This document shows, piece by piece, positions 17,420 to 26,641 of a DNA stretch of 64,000 bases. How positions within the stretch are numbered: position 1 is the first letter of the stretch; each line of letters begins with the position of its first letter. The position numbers and the translations under genes were made by a program. The notes under the pieces were generated by a model. The model saw only the letters and a list, made by a program, of their open reading frames with translations, had not been told where the DNA came from and did not search any database. Source of the DNA: an uncultured Acidobacteriaceae bacterium (GTDB lineage: Bacteria; Acidobacteriota; Terriglobia; Terriglobales; Acidobacteriaceae); contig CAWIDB010000007.1 in assembly GCA_963834805.1 (NCBI GenBank), positions 89,536-153,535 of the forward strand, read 5' to 3'.

Positions 17420-17451
17420 AAAAGCCTCCCGGATTTTGCCGGGAGGCTTTT
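17420..17451 (-). terminator. Rho-independent terminator (downstream of the TPR lipoprotein gene)
   Basis: aaaagcctcccgg-attttg-ccgggaggctttt: a 13-bp perfect stem flanked by A- and T-runs. On the minus strand it is followed by ttttctgtttct. Confidence 0.75.
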
Positions 17452-17475
17452 CCTGCAGCTTGAACGCAACGGAGC

Positions 17476-18294
17476 CTACATGGTGACGCCGCCGCCCAAT
17501 TTCTTTTCCTTGATCAGCTCATTCGTCTTGCGCGCCCCCATGGCCTTCTGCACCCACTCGTCTGCCAACGCCAGGTCCGCCTTGCGCGCTGCGTCATTGG
17601 GGCAATCCAGGTTGGCCTTGCTGCGGTAGGTCAACTGCAGGTATGTCATTGCGTCGTCGTAATTGGGGTTCAGATCGATGGCCTTGGACAGGTACTTCAT
17701 GGCTTCGTTCACCAAGTCCGTATTGGCTGCCTTCATCTTCTCGCAGGCGCCCTTGGTCATCTTTTTATTGCCCTCGCCGTCGTCCACCAGACCATCCGCC
17801 GCAAGGATGGGAACGGTATTCTTGTAATGCTCCAGGTTCCAGTCGATGCTGCCGACGATGTAGTAGGCCTCAGGATCGTTGGGCGTGGCTGCGATCACCT
17901 TCAACTCGTACTCCTTGGCCAGATCGAACTTCCCGATGTTGCGATCGATCGAGGCAACCTCCTTCAGTGCTGTCAGGTCGTTCGGGTCCTTCGCCAGCAC
18001 TTGATTGAATCCGTCCAGCGCCTTTTGCGCAATCGCCAGGTTCTCCGGCGACGTCAGGCCCGGCACTACCTGGTAGGCATACGAGGTGGCCAGGTACAGC
18101 TTGGCGCTATCCGAGGTCGGATCCAGCTTGACCGCGGTCTGAAAGTTGTTTACCGCCGCCTCATACTGGGCGTTCTTGAAAGCCGCAACGCCCTTGTTAA
18201 TCTGGTCTCGCGACTTCAACTTGTCGCAGCCGGTCGATGCTCCTAGCAACACAAGCAGTGCTAATGAAACCGGAATTCGTGCTGTGAATTTCAT
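17476..18294 (-). CDS. TPR-repeat lipoprotein
   Basis: Lipobox LLGASTGC follows MKFTARIPVSLALLVL, so the start is placed at 18294. Repeated A-x-x-F/Y-x-x-A-(L/V)-x-x-(D/N)P TPR signatures. Confidence 0.75.
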   Translation of the reverse strand: MKFTARIPVSLALLVLLGASTGCDKLKSRDQINKGVAAFKNAQYEAAVNNFQTAVKLDPTSDSAKLYLATSYAYQVVPGLTSPENLAIAQKALDGFNQVLAKDPNDLTALKEVASIDRNIGKFDLAKEYELKVIAATPNDPEAYYIVGSIDWNLEHYKNTVPILAADGLVDDGEGNKKMTKGACEKMKAANTDLVNEAMKYLSKAIDLNPNYDDAMTYLQLTYRSKANLDCPNDAARKADLALADEWVQKAMGARKTNELIKEKKLGGGVTM

Positions 18295-18667
18295 GGCGCG
18301 GTGAGTCTCCTTCGATGAAGCGCGTAGTTCAGATAAAAAACGCGGAATAGGATTTTTCCTTGTCCCCTCGATTGTAATGGTTGCGTGCCTGCCCTGACCA
18401 GTGACAGAGGTCACGCTCTTCATGAAACCTTGCGCTTGCACTATATCTGAGGCAAATGAAACCGCCTCCAAACGCTGCGAGCGCCAAGCTCAAGTGCGCC
18501 CTGAACGGAGACCTCGCTGGCAATCGATTCTCCATTGCGGGCAATCTATACCTAGACGAAAGATGGGCCCAATAGGACTCGCGCCAAAGCAAAATAAACG
18601 ATGGATCGCTGTTGCCTTGCAGGAGCTGGAAGGGCCGGTGCAGATTCTTTCATCCTGTGGCGCAAAT

Positions 18668-18696
18668 CACCCTCTGCCCGGCAGAGGCAGAGGGTG
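18668..18696 (-). terminator. GC hairpin downstream of hydA (possible terminator)
   Basis: caccctctgcc-N7-ggcagagggtg lies 29 nt past the hydA stop codon. There is no strong T-tract. Confidence 0.4.
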
Positions 18697-18724
18697 TCTG
18701 GAGGCGCGGTTTGACGGTTCCATC

Positions 18725-20479
18725 CTAGCGCTTATACTCCGGCAGGACCTGGTAGCCGGTGTGCAGAAGCTGTTCGGCCTTGTGGCTGGCCGGCGTGCCC
18801 AGAAACTCGTCGTAAAGCTGCTTGATATACGGGTTGTGGTGGGAGCAGCGCAACTGGTCGCCATGGTCCTCGCTGTAGAGTCCAGCGGCCCGCTTGACGC
18901 GCAGTTCGTTGGTGGCTCCGTAGGGCTGGCCGCCTCCGCCGACGCATCCGCCGGGGCAGGCCATCACTTCGACGAAGTGATAGGGAGGCTCCTCGCCCGC
19001 CGCCTTGGCTTCGCGTATCTTGTCGATCACCTGCTCGACATTGGCAAGGCCGTGGGCGACGGCGATACGGATCGTCTTGCCGGCCACTACGATGGAGGCT
19101 TCCTTGACCCCCTTCAACCCGCGCGTCGCCTGGAACTCGACCCGGGGAGCGTCCGCTCCGGTGACATAGAAGTACGCGGTGCGTAGGGCTGCTTCCATCA
19201 CTCCGCCGGTGGCTCCGAAGATGGTTGCCGCGCCGGTGTACATGCCCAGCAGGTGGTCGCACGGCTCGTCGGGGATGGTCACGAAGTCGATGCCCGACTG
19301 CTTGATCATGCGTGCGAACTCGCGCGTGGTGATCGAGACATCCACATCCTGGTAGCCGGAGGAGTACATCTCCTTGCTGCGGATAATCTCGGACTTCTTG
19401 GCCGTGCAGGGCATGATCGAGACCATGTAGATCTTGGCCGGATCGATCCCCTGCTTCTGCGCGTAGTAGGTCTTGGAGAGCGCACCAACCATGGCGTGCG
19501 GAGACTTGCAACTGGAGAAGTGCGGGATCATGTCGCCGTGGAACTTCTCCATGAAGTTGACCCAGCCGGGGCAGCAGCTGGTGATCAGGGGTAGGACCCC
19601 CTTGCCTTCCAGCAGGCGCGATTTGAACTCGGTGGCCTCTTCAATGATGGTCAGATCGGCTCCGAAGTTGGTGTCGAAGACCGCCTTGAATCCCATGCGG
19701 CGTAGCGCTGCGTAGATCTTGGGAGTGAGGTTGGAGCCCACTGGGAAGCCGAACGCCTCACCCACGGCCACCCGCACCGCGGGCGCGATCTGAGCCACGC
19801 AGTAAGCATCCGGGTCGGCAAGCTTGTCCCACACCTTGGTCGTTTCGTCGTACTCAGTGATCGCTCCCGTGGGGCAGTGCGCCGAGCACTGGCCGCAACG
19901 CACGCAGGGCGAGTCCCACAGGGGAATGTCTCCCGCGGCGGCGATGCGCGTTTCAAATCCGCGGTTCAGAAAGCTCAATGCCCACACGTTCTGGTCCTGC
20001 TGGCACACCTGGATGCAGCGCCCGCAGGTGATGCACTTGCGCGAGTCCAGAACAATGCTGTGGGTCGAGTCGTCGATGGGATGTTCGGGAACGATATTGT
20101 CCAGCCCCGTCCTCGTCAGCTCGAAGTCGGCGGCCAGGCTCTGCAGCTCACAGTTCTGGTTGCGCAGGCAGGTCAGGCACTCGTTGGGATGCCGCGAGAG
20201 GATGAGTTCCAGCACCGAACGCCGCACCTCTACAATCTCCGGCGTCTCCGTCAGGATGTCCATCTTGTCTTCTACGGCCGTGCAACAGGCTCGCAGCATC
20301 TTGCCGGTGTTCTTGATCTGAACGATGCAAATTCCGCAGGCCGCAGTGGCGTCCAGGTCGGGATGCTTGCACAGCGTGGGAATGCGCACATGCACCTGGC
20401 GCGCGGCGTCCAGAATGCTGGTGCCCTTGGCTACATCGACCGGCAACCCATTGATCGTGGCGTGAATTGTAATGCTCAT
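18725..20479 (-). CDS. hydA: [FeFe]-hydrogenase catalytic subunit (multimeric HydABC/Hnd type)
   Basis: N-terminal 2Fe-2S and multiple 4Fe-4S Cys clusters. H-cluster signatures TSCCPGWV (L1), IMPCTAKKSE (L2) and EVMACPGGCVGGGGQP (L3). C-terminal small-subunit-like tail. Confidence 0.95.
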   Translation of the reverse strand: MSITIHATINGLPVDVAKGTSILDAARQVHVRIPTLCKHPDLDATAACGICIVQIKNTGKMLRACCTAVEDKMDILTETPEIVEVRRSVLELILSRHPNECLTCLRNQNCELQSLAADFELTRTGLDNIVPEHPIDDSTHSIVLDSRKCITCGRCIQVCQQDQNVWALSFLNRGFETRIAAAGDIPLWDSPCVRCGQCSAHCPTGAITEYDETTKVWDKLADPDAYCVAQIAPAVRVAVGEAFGFPVGSNLTPKIYAALRRMGFKAVFDTNFGADLTIIEEATEFKSRLLEGKGVLPLITSCCPGWVNFMEKFHGDMIPHFSSCKSPHAMVGALSKTYYAQKQGIDPAKIYMVSIMPCTAKKSEIIRSKEMYSSGYQDVDVSITTREFARMIKQSGIDFVTIPDEPCDHLLGMYTGAATIFGATGGVMEAALRTAYFYVTGADAPRVEFQATRGLKGVKEASIVVAGKTIRIAVAHGLANVEQVIDKIREAKAAGEEPPYHFVEVMACPGGCVGGGGQPYGATNELRVKRAAGLYSEDHGDQLRCSHHNPYIKQLYDEFLGTPASHKAEQLLHTGYQVLPEYKR

Positions 20480-20504
20480 AGCAGCTTTTCTCGATCCCTA
20501 GTGG

Positions 20505-22160
20505 TCAGGCTTTAGTGGGTGCGGCCGGCAACAGCCGCTCGGTGAATTCATGCTCAAAATGACGAATGGCGGAGAGTGTTGGATTGGGTGCGGTCTGGCC
20601 GAGGGCGCAGAGCGATGCCTTCTGCATCGCCTTGGCCACCTTGCGGATGGTGCGGATGTCCTCCGCCGTCCCCTTGCCATCGACAATCTTGTTCAACAGA
20701 TGCAGCATCTGGGTCCCCCCAATCCGGCAGGGAGCGCACTTGCCGCACGATTCATCGACGCAGAAGTCCAGATAGAACTGGGCCAGCTCCACAACGCTGT
20801 CATTCTCGTCGATGACGATCATGCCGCCGGAGCCCATCATGGACCCAAGCTGCTGCAGGTTCTCGTAACTCACCGGGGTGTCGAACTGATGCTCGGGAAT
20901 CATGCCGCCCGATGGCCCGCCGGTCTGGATGGCCTTGATCTTGAGTCCGCTGTCTGTGCCGCCGCCGATCTTTTCGATCACATCGCGCAACGTCATGCCC
21001 ATCGGCACCTCGACCAGGCCGTTGTTCTTGCTCTTGCCGGTCAGCGCAAACAGCTTGGTTCCCTTGGATTTCTCCGTGCCGCGCGAGGCAAACCACTTCG
21101 CTCCCTTGAGCAGGATGGCAGGCACATTGGCCAGCGTCTCCACGTTGTTGATGCAGCTGGGCTGGTCCCACAGTCCCTTGACCGCGGGAAACGGCGGACG
21201 GGGACGCGGCGTGCCGCGCTTGCCCTCAATGGAGGCGATCAGCGCCGTCTCTTCGCCGCACACAAACGCTCCCGCGCCCAGGCGCATCTCAAAGTCGAAG
21301 CTCCATCCCGAATCCATCACGTTCTTACCCACTAGGCCGGCCACGCGCGCCTGGCGCAGCGCCTTCTCCACCCGCTCCACGGCCAGCGGATACTCGGCGC
21401 GGATATAGAAGACGCCATGGGTCGCGTTCATGGCGCGGGCTGCAATCAACATGCCCTCAATCACCGCGTGCGGATCGCCCTCCAGCACCGATCCATCCAT
21501 AAACGCTCCGGGATCGCCCTCGTCACCGTTGCATATGATGTATTTGATCTCCGACTGCACCTTGCGCGTCAGGTCCCACTTGAGGCCGGTGGGGAATCCA
21601 GCGCCGCCGCGTCCGCGCAGGCCGCTGGCTTGCATCTCCTTGCATATCTCCTCGGCGCTCATGCTAAGCGCTTTGCGCAGAGCCTTGTAGCCATCGCAAG
21701 CGATGTAGTCGTCCAGCTTCTCCGGGTCCATCTTGCCGTTGTTCTCCAGCACCGAGTACACCTGCATGGCGAAGAACGGATCGTTCAGGTCCAGCGTGTG
21801 GCGTTCCAAGTCGCCGCCCGGCTTCTCAATCTTCTTGCCCTCCAGCACCGGAATCACCACCTGCTCGACGATCATGGAGGCCATCTCCGGCTTGATCTCG
21901 GAGAAGAGAATGTCCTTCTGCGTCTTCGCGGTCATGCGCACCAGGGGTCCCTTGCTGCACAACCCCATGCATCCACTGCCGTTTACCTGCACCTTGCCTT
22001 CGAGCTGCCTGGCCTTGATCTCCGCCTTGAGCCCGGTGATGACGCCCAGGGCCTCGGACGATTGACAGCCTCTGCTGGAGCACGTGAACAGGCGGACATC
22101 GAAGGCTTGCTGCTTGGCAAGCTCCGCGGCTGCTTTTATTTCCAGTTCTTCGGGTTTCAT
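20505..22160 (-). CDS. hydB: NuoF-like NAD(P)H-binding flavoprotein subunit of the hydrogenase (HydB), without a C-terminal 2x[4Fe-4S] domain
   Basis: N-terminal thioredoxin-like 2Fe-2S (CSSRGCQ...GSGCMGLC), GRGGAGFPTGLKW FMN/NADH site and NuoF 4Fe-4S motif CGKCAPCRIGG. The protein ends about 50 aa later with no CxxCxxCxxxCP motifs. The ATG at 22160 has the RBS aggaac, so it is preferred over the TTG at 22193. Confidence 0.9.
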   Translation of the reverse strand: MKPEELEIKAAAELAKQQAFDVRLFTCSSRGCQSSEALGVITGLKAEIKARQLEGKVQVNGSGCMGLCSKGPLVRMTAKTQKDILFSEIKPEMASMIVEQVVIPVLEGKKIEKPGGDLERHTLDLNDPFFAMQVYSVLENNGKMDPEKLDDYIACDGYKALRKALSMSAEEICKEMQASGLRGRGGAGFPTGLKWDLTRKVQSEIKYIICNGDEGDPGAFMDGSVLEGDPHAVIEGMLIAARAMNATHGVFYIRAEYPLAVERVEKALRQARVAGLVGKNVMDSGWSFDFEMRLGAGAFVCGEETALIASIEGKRGTPRPRPPFPAVKGLWDQPSCINNVETLANVPAILLKGAKWFASRGTEKSKGTKLFALTGKSKNNGLVEVPMGMTLRDVIEKIGGGTDSGLKIKAIQTGGPSGGMIPEHQFDTPVSYENLQQLGSMMGSGGMIVIDENDSVVELAQFYLDFCVDESCGKCAPCRIGGTQMLHLLNKIVDGKGTAEDIRTIRKVAKAMQKASLCALGQTAPNPTLSAIRHFEHEFTERLLPAAPTKA

Positions 22161-22211
22161 ATTGTTCCTGTAGTTCGGTTCGTTCGATTGCAAGCTCCCG
22201 CGCGCGGGCGT

Positions 22212-22769
22212 TTAATCGGCGAGAGCTTCCTGATCGGCTTCGGCCATGGGCTTGTCGATCTGGATGCGCTCGATCACATTGTGGCTGTCAGTGGTCTTCA
22301 ACTTGGCGTACACCTTGCCGTTGACCGAAACCAGGGGCGCCAGACCGCAGCAGCCCAGGCAGCGCACGGCCTGCAGGTGATACTCATTGTCCGGAGTGCT
22401 CTGTCCCTCCCGCACCTTCAGTTCTTTCTCCATCCCGGCAAGCAGATCGGCCGAACCCTTGATGTGGCACGCCGTGCCCAGACAGACTGAGATGACGTAC
22501 TTGCCCGGAGCTTCCAGCTTGAAATAGTTGTAGAAGGTGACCACTTCATAGATGCGCGCCAGGGGCACGCCCATCTGGCGTCCCAGCTTCATGGCCGACT
22601 CGCGCGGCACATAGCCAACCCTGCTTTGCAGGTCGTGCAGCGCCATAATCAGGCTGCCCCGCTTCATCTTCCACTTGTTGGCAATCAGGGTGATCTCGTC
22701 TTTGGGTTCTGCCGTGGCCATGGTCGCCACGGCGTTCACGGATGTTGCAACATCGATCGGTGTGCTCAT
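22212..22769 (-). CDS. hydC: NuoE-like 2Fe-2S subunit of the hydrogenase (HydC)
   Basis: NuoE/thioredoxin-like ferredoxin motifs VCLGTACHIKG and CLGCCGLAP. The ATG at 22769 is preceded by gaggaa. Confidence 0.9.
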   Translation of the reverse strand: MSTPIDVATSVNAVATMATAEPKDEITLIANKWKMKRGSLIMALHDLQSRVGYVPRESAMKLGRQMGVPLARIYEVVTFYNYFKLEAPGKYVISVCLGTACHIKGSADLLAGMEKELKVREGQSTPDNEYHLQAVRCLGCCGLAPLVSVNGKVYAKLKTTDSHNVIERIQIDKPMAEADQEALAD

Positions 22770-22848
22770 TGTTCCTCGTCCGCCGCGCTTTCCTGGCCTC
22801 ACGCCCCAGGGGGAGGCCTCACCGATGCGGCGACCCTGTCGAACACAG

Positions 22849-22899
22849 GAACCATCGCGGGACGGAGGGCACTTTATCTGCTCATTCCCGCGATGGTTC
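22849..22899. promoter_or_regulatory. 14-bp perfect inverted repeat in the hydCBA upstream/leader region
   Basis: gaaccatcgcggga (22849-22862) and tcccgcgatggttc (22886-22899), with a 23-nt spacer, 80-130 nt upstream of the hydC start. Confidence 0.4.
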
Positions 22900-23126
22900 T
22901 ACGGCGACTGCAGGCGCCACCCCTGTTGGAAACAGCAAGCGACTGCGCAATACTTTATTCACCAAGGATGTGCGTGTATGTGATGGCCGTCATACTTCCC
23001 ATTTAAAGTTGTGTGTTACAGAATGCGCGGGAACCCGTAATTTGCCGCGAAATTCCCTTGTTTCACAGAGATACTGCCGACCGATGCTCGATAATCGGCC
23101 CTCGCTCAGTCTCCGCATCAACGCAG

Positions 23127-24368
23127 TTAATGCGCCCCGTTTCCAGCCAGTGCCCGATAACCGGCCAGAGCCACCGGAAACGGCTGCAGCGCGCGGGCAA
23201 AGATGCCTAGGCTGTAGGCAATCGTCAACCCATAGTTCGTGATAGCGACCCCAGCGTGCTGGCATTCGAGAATCCGGCTGAGCATCTGCCGCCGGTTCCA
23301 CATGCACGCCCCGCAATGCACCACCAGTTTGTAGCCAGTCAGGTCCTCGGGGAAATCGCGGCCCTGCACTGTCTCAAACTCCAGCTTCACGCCGGTGTAC
23401 TGCGTCAGCCAGCGCGGAATCTTCACCCGCCCAATGTCTTCGCCGATGGGGTGGTGGGTGCATGCCTCGGCGATCAGCACACGGTCGCCGCTGCGCAGCC
23501 GCTCGATGGCCAGCGTTCCTTCCACCTGCGCCGTCAGATCGCCCTTGAAGCGAGCCATCAGGATCGAAAAGCTGGTCAGCGGCACATCGGGGGGCGTGTC
23601 CGCAGCAACTTTGAGAAACGCCTGCGAGTCCGTTACCACCAGCTTGGGCGGCGTCTTCAGCCGCTCCAGCGCACTCCTCAGTTCGCGCTCCTTCACCACC
23701 ATGCACAGCGCATCGGTGTCCAGCAGGTCGCGTATGGTCTGCACCTGGGGCAGGATCAGCCTTCCTTTGGGCGCCTCCTTGTCGATCGGCACCACCAGCA
23801 CCGCCAGTTCGCCGGGACCCACCAGATCGCCGGCAATCGCAGGCGAGTCGATAAAGTCCGCCGGGGCAAGCTCCAGCAGCGCCTCGCGCAGTTCCTTCAG
23901 CCCCAGTCCTGTCAGCGCCGAGACCAGCACCACGCGCAGCTTGCTCGCGCGCAGCCGCTCCAGCAGCTCTGCATCCGGAGCAGCCGCGTCCATCTTATTG
24001 ATGACCACGACCGCCGGTGTCTGCTGCTGCGCAAAATCCGCCAGCAGCCCCTCTTCAAACTCCCCCCAGATTCCTGCCTCGGCGACCAGCACAGCAATCT
24101 CGGTCCGCTGCAGCGCCTGCCGCGTCTTCTCCACTCGCAGCGCACCCAGCCCGCCTGCTTCATCGATCCCCGCCGTATCGATGAATAGCACCGGCCCCAG
24201 CGGAAGCAGCTCCATTGGCTTCTCCACCGGATCGGTCGTGGTTCCCGCCACATCCGACACAATCGAGACATGCTGCCGCGTAATTGCATTCAGCAGGCTC
24301 GATTTACCCACATTGCGCCGTCCAAAAAATCCGATGTGCAATCGCAATCCCTTGAGTGTATCGCTCAT
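23127..24368 (-). CDS. hydF: [FeFe]-hydrogenase H-cluster maturation GTPase HydF
   Basis: P-loop GRRNVGKSSLLNA, DTAG, NKMD, and the C-terminal cluster-binding CTHH...HCGAC motifs. Confidence 0.9.
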   Translation of the reverse strand: MSDTLKGLRLHIGFFGRRNVGKSSLLNAITRQHVSIVSDVAGTTTDPVEKPMELLPLGPVLFIDTAGIDEAGGLGALRVEKTRQALQRTEIAVLVAEAGIWGEFEEGLLADFAQQQTPAVVVINKMDAAAPDAELLERLRASKLRVVLVSALTGLGLKELREALLELAPADFIDSPAIAGDLVGPGELAVLVVPIDKEAPKGRLILPQVQTIRDLLDTDALCMVVKERELRSALERLKTPPKLVVTDSQAFLKVAADTPPDVPLTSFSILMARFKGDLTAQVEGTLAIERLRSGDRVLIAEACTHHPIGEDIGRVKIPRWLTQYTGVKLEFETVQGRDFPEDLTGYKLVVHCGACMWNRRQMLSRILECQHAGVAITNYGLTIAYSLGIFARALQPFPVALAGYRALAGNGAH

Positions 24369-25831
24369 GGCAATGTCTCCTTCTCCACATCGGGTGGTTC
24401 GCCTGTGCGTTGCACCGCGTTCTTGCGCGGCGGCGAACCCAGCCGGCAGATTGCCTCCGGGCTGGTCGCCTCATCGAACTCCTCGCCGCTCATCCAACCC
24501 AGCTCCACAACCACCTCGCGGAGCGACCTACCCTGCTCGCGCGCCAGCCGCTCCGCCTCATCCGCGCGCTCGTAACCCAGCCTGGGGACCAGCTCCGTGA
24601 CCTCGGTGGTGGAGTTCATCACATGCGCCCGGCAGCGCGCCTCGTCCGCCTCGATCCCATCCACGCAGAGCCGCGTCAGCACATCGTCGGCCCGCGCCAG
24701 CACGTCCAGGTTCTCCAGCAGGCAATGCGCAATCAGCGGAAGAAACGCATTCAGCTCCAGGCTGCCCGCCGCGCACGCCGCAGCGATCACGCTGTCGTTG
24801 CCCATCGCCAGCATTGCCGCCTGCGTGGCTGCTTCGGGGATCACCGGGTTCACCTTCCCCGGCATAATCGACGAGCCCGCCTGCCGCGCAGGCAGCCGAA
24901 TCTCTCCCAGCCCTGCGTCCGGTCCCGACGACAGCAGCCGCAAATCGCTACATATTTTGATCAGCGACACCGCGTGCGCCTTCAGGATTCCCGAAACCTC
25001 TACGAAGACATCGGTGTTCTGCGTGGCGTCCACCAGGTTCTCCGCTCGCGCAAATCCAATCCCGGTCAGCGCGCGCAGTTGCTCTACGGCGCGGAAGATA
25101 AACTCGCGCGACGCGGCCAGCCCGGTGCCGATCGCCGTTCCGCCCAAGTTCACCACACGCAGCCGCTCTTCGCATTTATAGATCCGCCAGCGGTCGCGGT
25201 TGATGGCCTCCGCGTAGGCGCTCATCTCGCGCCCCAGCGTGGTCAACACCGCATCCTGAAACTCCGTCCGCCCCACCTTCACCACATGCGCGAAGCGTTT
25301 CTCCGCGCGCTGAAACGACTCCTGCAACGCCACAACCTGTTTCTCCAGCTCATGAAGCAGCCGGATCGCGGCCAGCCGCAGCGCGGTGGGATACGTGTCG
25401 TTGGTCGACTGGTGCAGATTGATGTCGTCCAGTGGCGAGACGCGCGCGTACTCCCCATGCGGCAGCCCCAGAATCTCCAGCGCGCGATTGGCCAGCACCT
25501 CGTTGACGTTCATGTTGGTGCTGGTGCCCGCGCCTCCCTGGAGCGCGTCCACCACAATCTCGCCGGCAAGCACTCCATCGCTCAGTTCGCGACAGGCTCG
25601 TTCGATTGCATCCGCCTTGGCCTCATCTCCCGCCCACGCGCCCAGCGCGCGATTGGTCATCACACAGGCCAGCTTCACCTCGCCAAAGGCCAGCGCAAGC
25701 GCCGGATGTACCGCCCGTCCAGCCAGGGGAAAGTTCTCCAGCGCACGCTCCGTGTGGATTCCGTACCGCGCCTCCACGGGCAGCGCTCGCTTGCCGAGGT
25801 GGTCTTCTTCGATGCGTTCGCGCTGGCTCAT
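24365..25831 (-). CDS. aspA: aspartate ammonia-lyase (aspartase/fumarase superfamily)
   Basis: MSQRERIEEDHLGKRALP...YGIHTERALENF parallels the E. coli AspA N-terminus. GSSIMPGKVNP signature present. The stop overlaps the hydF start codon (4-nt ATGA overlap). Confidence 0.85.
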   Translation of the reverse strand: MSQRERIEEDHLGKRALPVEARYGIHTERALENFPLAGRAVHPALALAFGEVKLACVMTNRALGAWAGDEAKADAIERACRELSDGVLAGEIVVDALQGGAGTSTNMNVNEVLANRALEILGLPHGEYARVSPLDDINLHQSTNDTYPTALRLAAIRLLHELEKQVVALQESFQRAEKRFAHVVKVGRTEFQDAVLTTLGREMSAYAEAINRDRWRIYKCEERLRVVNLGGTAIGTGLAASREFIFRAVEQLRALTGIGFARAENLVDATQNTDVFVEVSGILKAHAVSLIKICSDLRLLSSGPDAGLGEIRLPARQAGSSIMPGKVNPVIPEAATQAAMLAMGNDSVIAAACAAGSLELNAFLPLIAHCLLENLDVLARADDVLTRLCVDGIEADEARCRAHVMNSTTEVTELVPRLGYERADEAERLAREQGRSLREVVVELGWMSGEEFDEATSPEAICRLGSPPRKNAVQRTGEPPDVEKETLP

Positions 25832-25944
25832 CCTGTTCTCTCCCGCCCAATACTGCACTCACTATTCTGCGCCAACCGCCAATCTTCCGCTGTGACCGCC
25901 GTCTCACCGGATGCCCGTCCAGCGCCCTACCATAGAAGAAGACA

Positions 25945-26457
25945 ATGCCCCACGGAGCACTCATTATGAACGCCATCGAAGCCATGCAATCGCGCCGCAG
26001 CATCCGCAGCTATACCCCACAAACTGTCGACCGCGCGACCATAATAGAGATCGTTGACTGTGCGCGCCTTGCCCCCACCGCCATGAACGACCAGCCCTGG
26101 GAGTTCATTGTCATCACCGAAAAGTCCTCTCTCGCCCGCATTCCGCCGCTGCTGGGCCACGCCGAGTTCATCGCCAGCGCTGCCTTCTGCGTTCTCGTCC
26201 TCGCGCGACCCTCCACCTGCGCCGTGGAAGACTGCTGCGCCGCCACTGAGAATCTTCTACTAGCGGCCGTTGCGCACGGCCTGGGAGCATGCTGGGTCGC
26301 CGGAGCGCCGCAGTCTTACGCGCCTGCCGTCGCCAGGGCTTTCGGCGCGCCAGATAGCCTTACCCTCGTCAGCATCGTCTCGGTCGGCCATCCCGCCGAG
26401 TCGCCCTCCATCGAGAAACGTCCTCTGGCCGATGTATTGCACTGGGAGAGCTACTAG
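25945..26457 (+). CDS. nitroreductase-family protein
   Basis: RRSIRSYTPQTV, APTAMNDQPWEFIV and GLGACWV motifs. The start may instead be the ATG at 25966. Confidence 0.8.
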   Translation: MPHGALIMNAIEAMQSRRSIRSYTPQTVDRATIIEIVDCARLAPTAMNDQPWEFIVITEKSSLARIPPLLGHAEFIASAAFCVLVLARPSTCAVEDCCAATENLLLAAVAHGLGACWVAGAPQSYAPAVARAFGAPDSLTLVSIVSVGHPAESPSIEKRPLADVLHWESY

Positions 26458-26482
26458 CCCCTCGATGCCCACTTCCGCGCCC

Positions 26483-26497
26483 TGTGACCCATGTCAC
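26483..26497. promoter_or_regulatory. CRP/FNR-family-like palindrome upstream of hydG
   Basis: tgtgacccatgtcac = TGTGA-N5-TCAC (GTGAC-N4-GTCAC dyad), about 145 nt upstream of the hydG ATG. Confidence 0.25.
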
Positions 26498-26641
26498 CGC
26501 ATAGCGTTGCAACCCCGTGCTAATCCTTAATCAGCGTTGCTTGGGGCCACAAGCGCGCGCGCAGCCGCGAGACAACCACGTGACTGGCCTTGCCGCAACG
26601 GCAGGCGGCGCAGCACCGTCCACTCGTGCTGAGGAGCTTCC

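Noticed and set aside
18295-18667. About 370-nt ORF-free spacer between the TPR lipoprotein gene and hydA. Examined for a known ncRNA (SRP, 6S, RNase P, tmRNA) or an island-border direct repeat of tRNA-Val.
   Set aside because: I could not find any diagnostic conserved motifs of those RNAs, nor a match to the tRNA-Val 3' end, on either strand. It is probably just the promoter/5' UTR region of the lipoprotein gene. It would need a covariance-model scan to exclude an ncRNA.
22960-23080. Searched the hydCBA upstream region for Rex (TTGTGAA-N-TTCACAA) or FNR (TTGAT-N4-ATCAA) boxes.
   Set aside because: Only loose half-site resemblances were found (tgttacaga, tgtttcacaga). No dyad has correct spacing.
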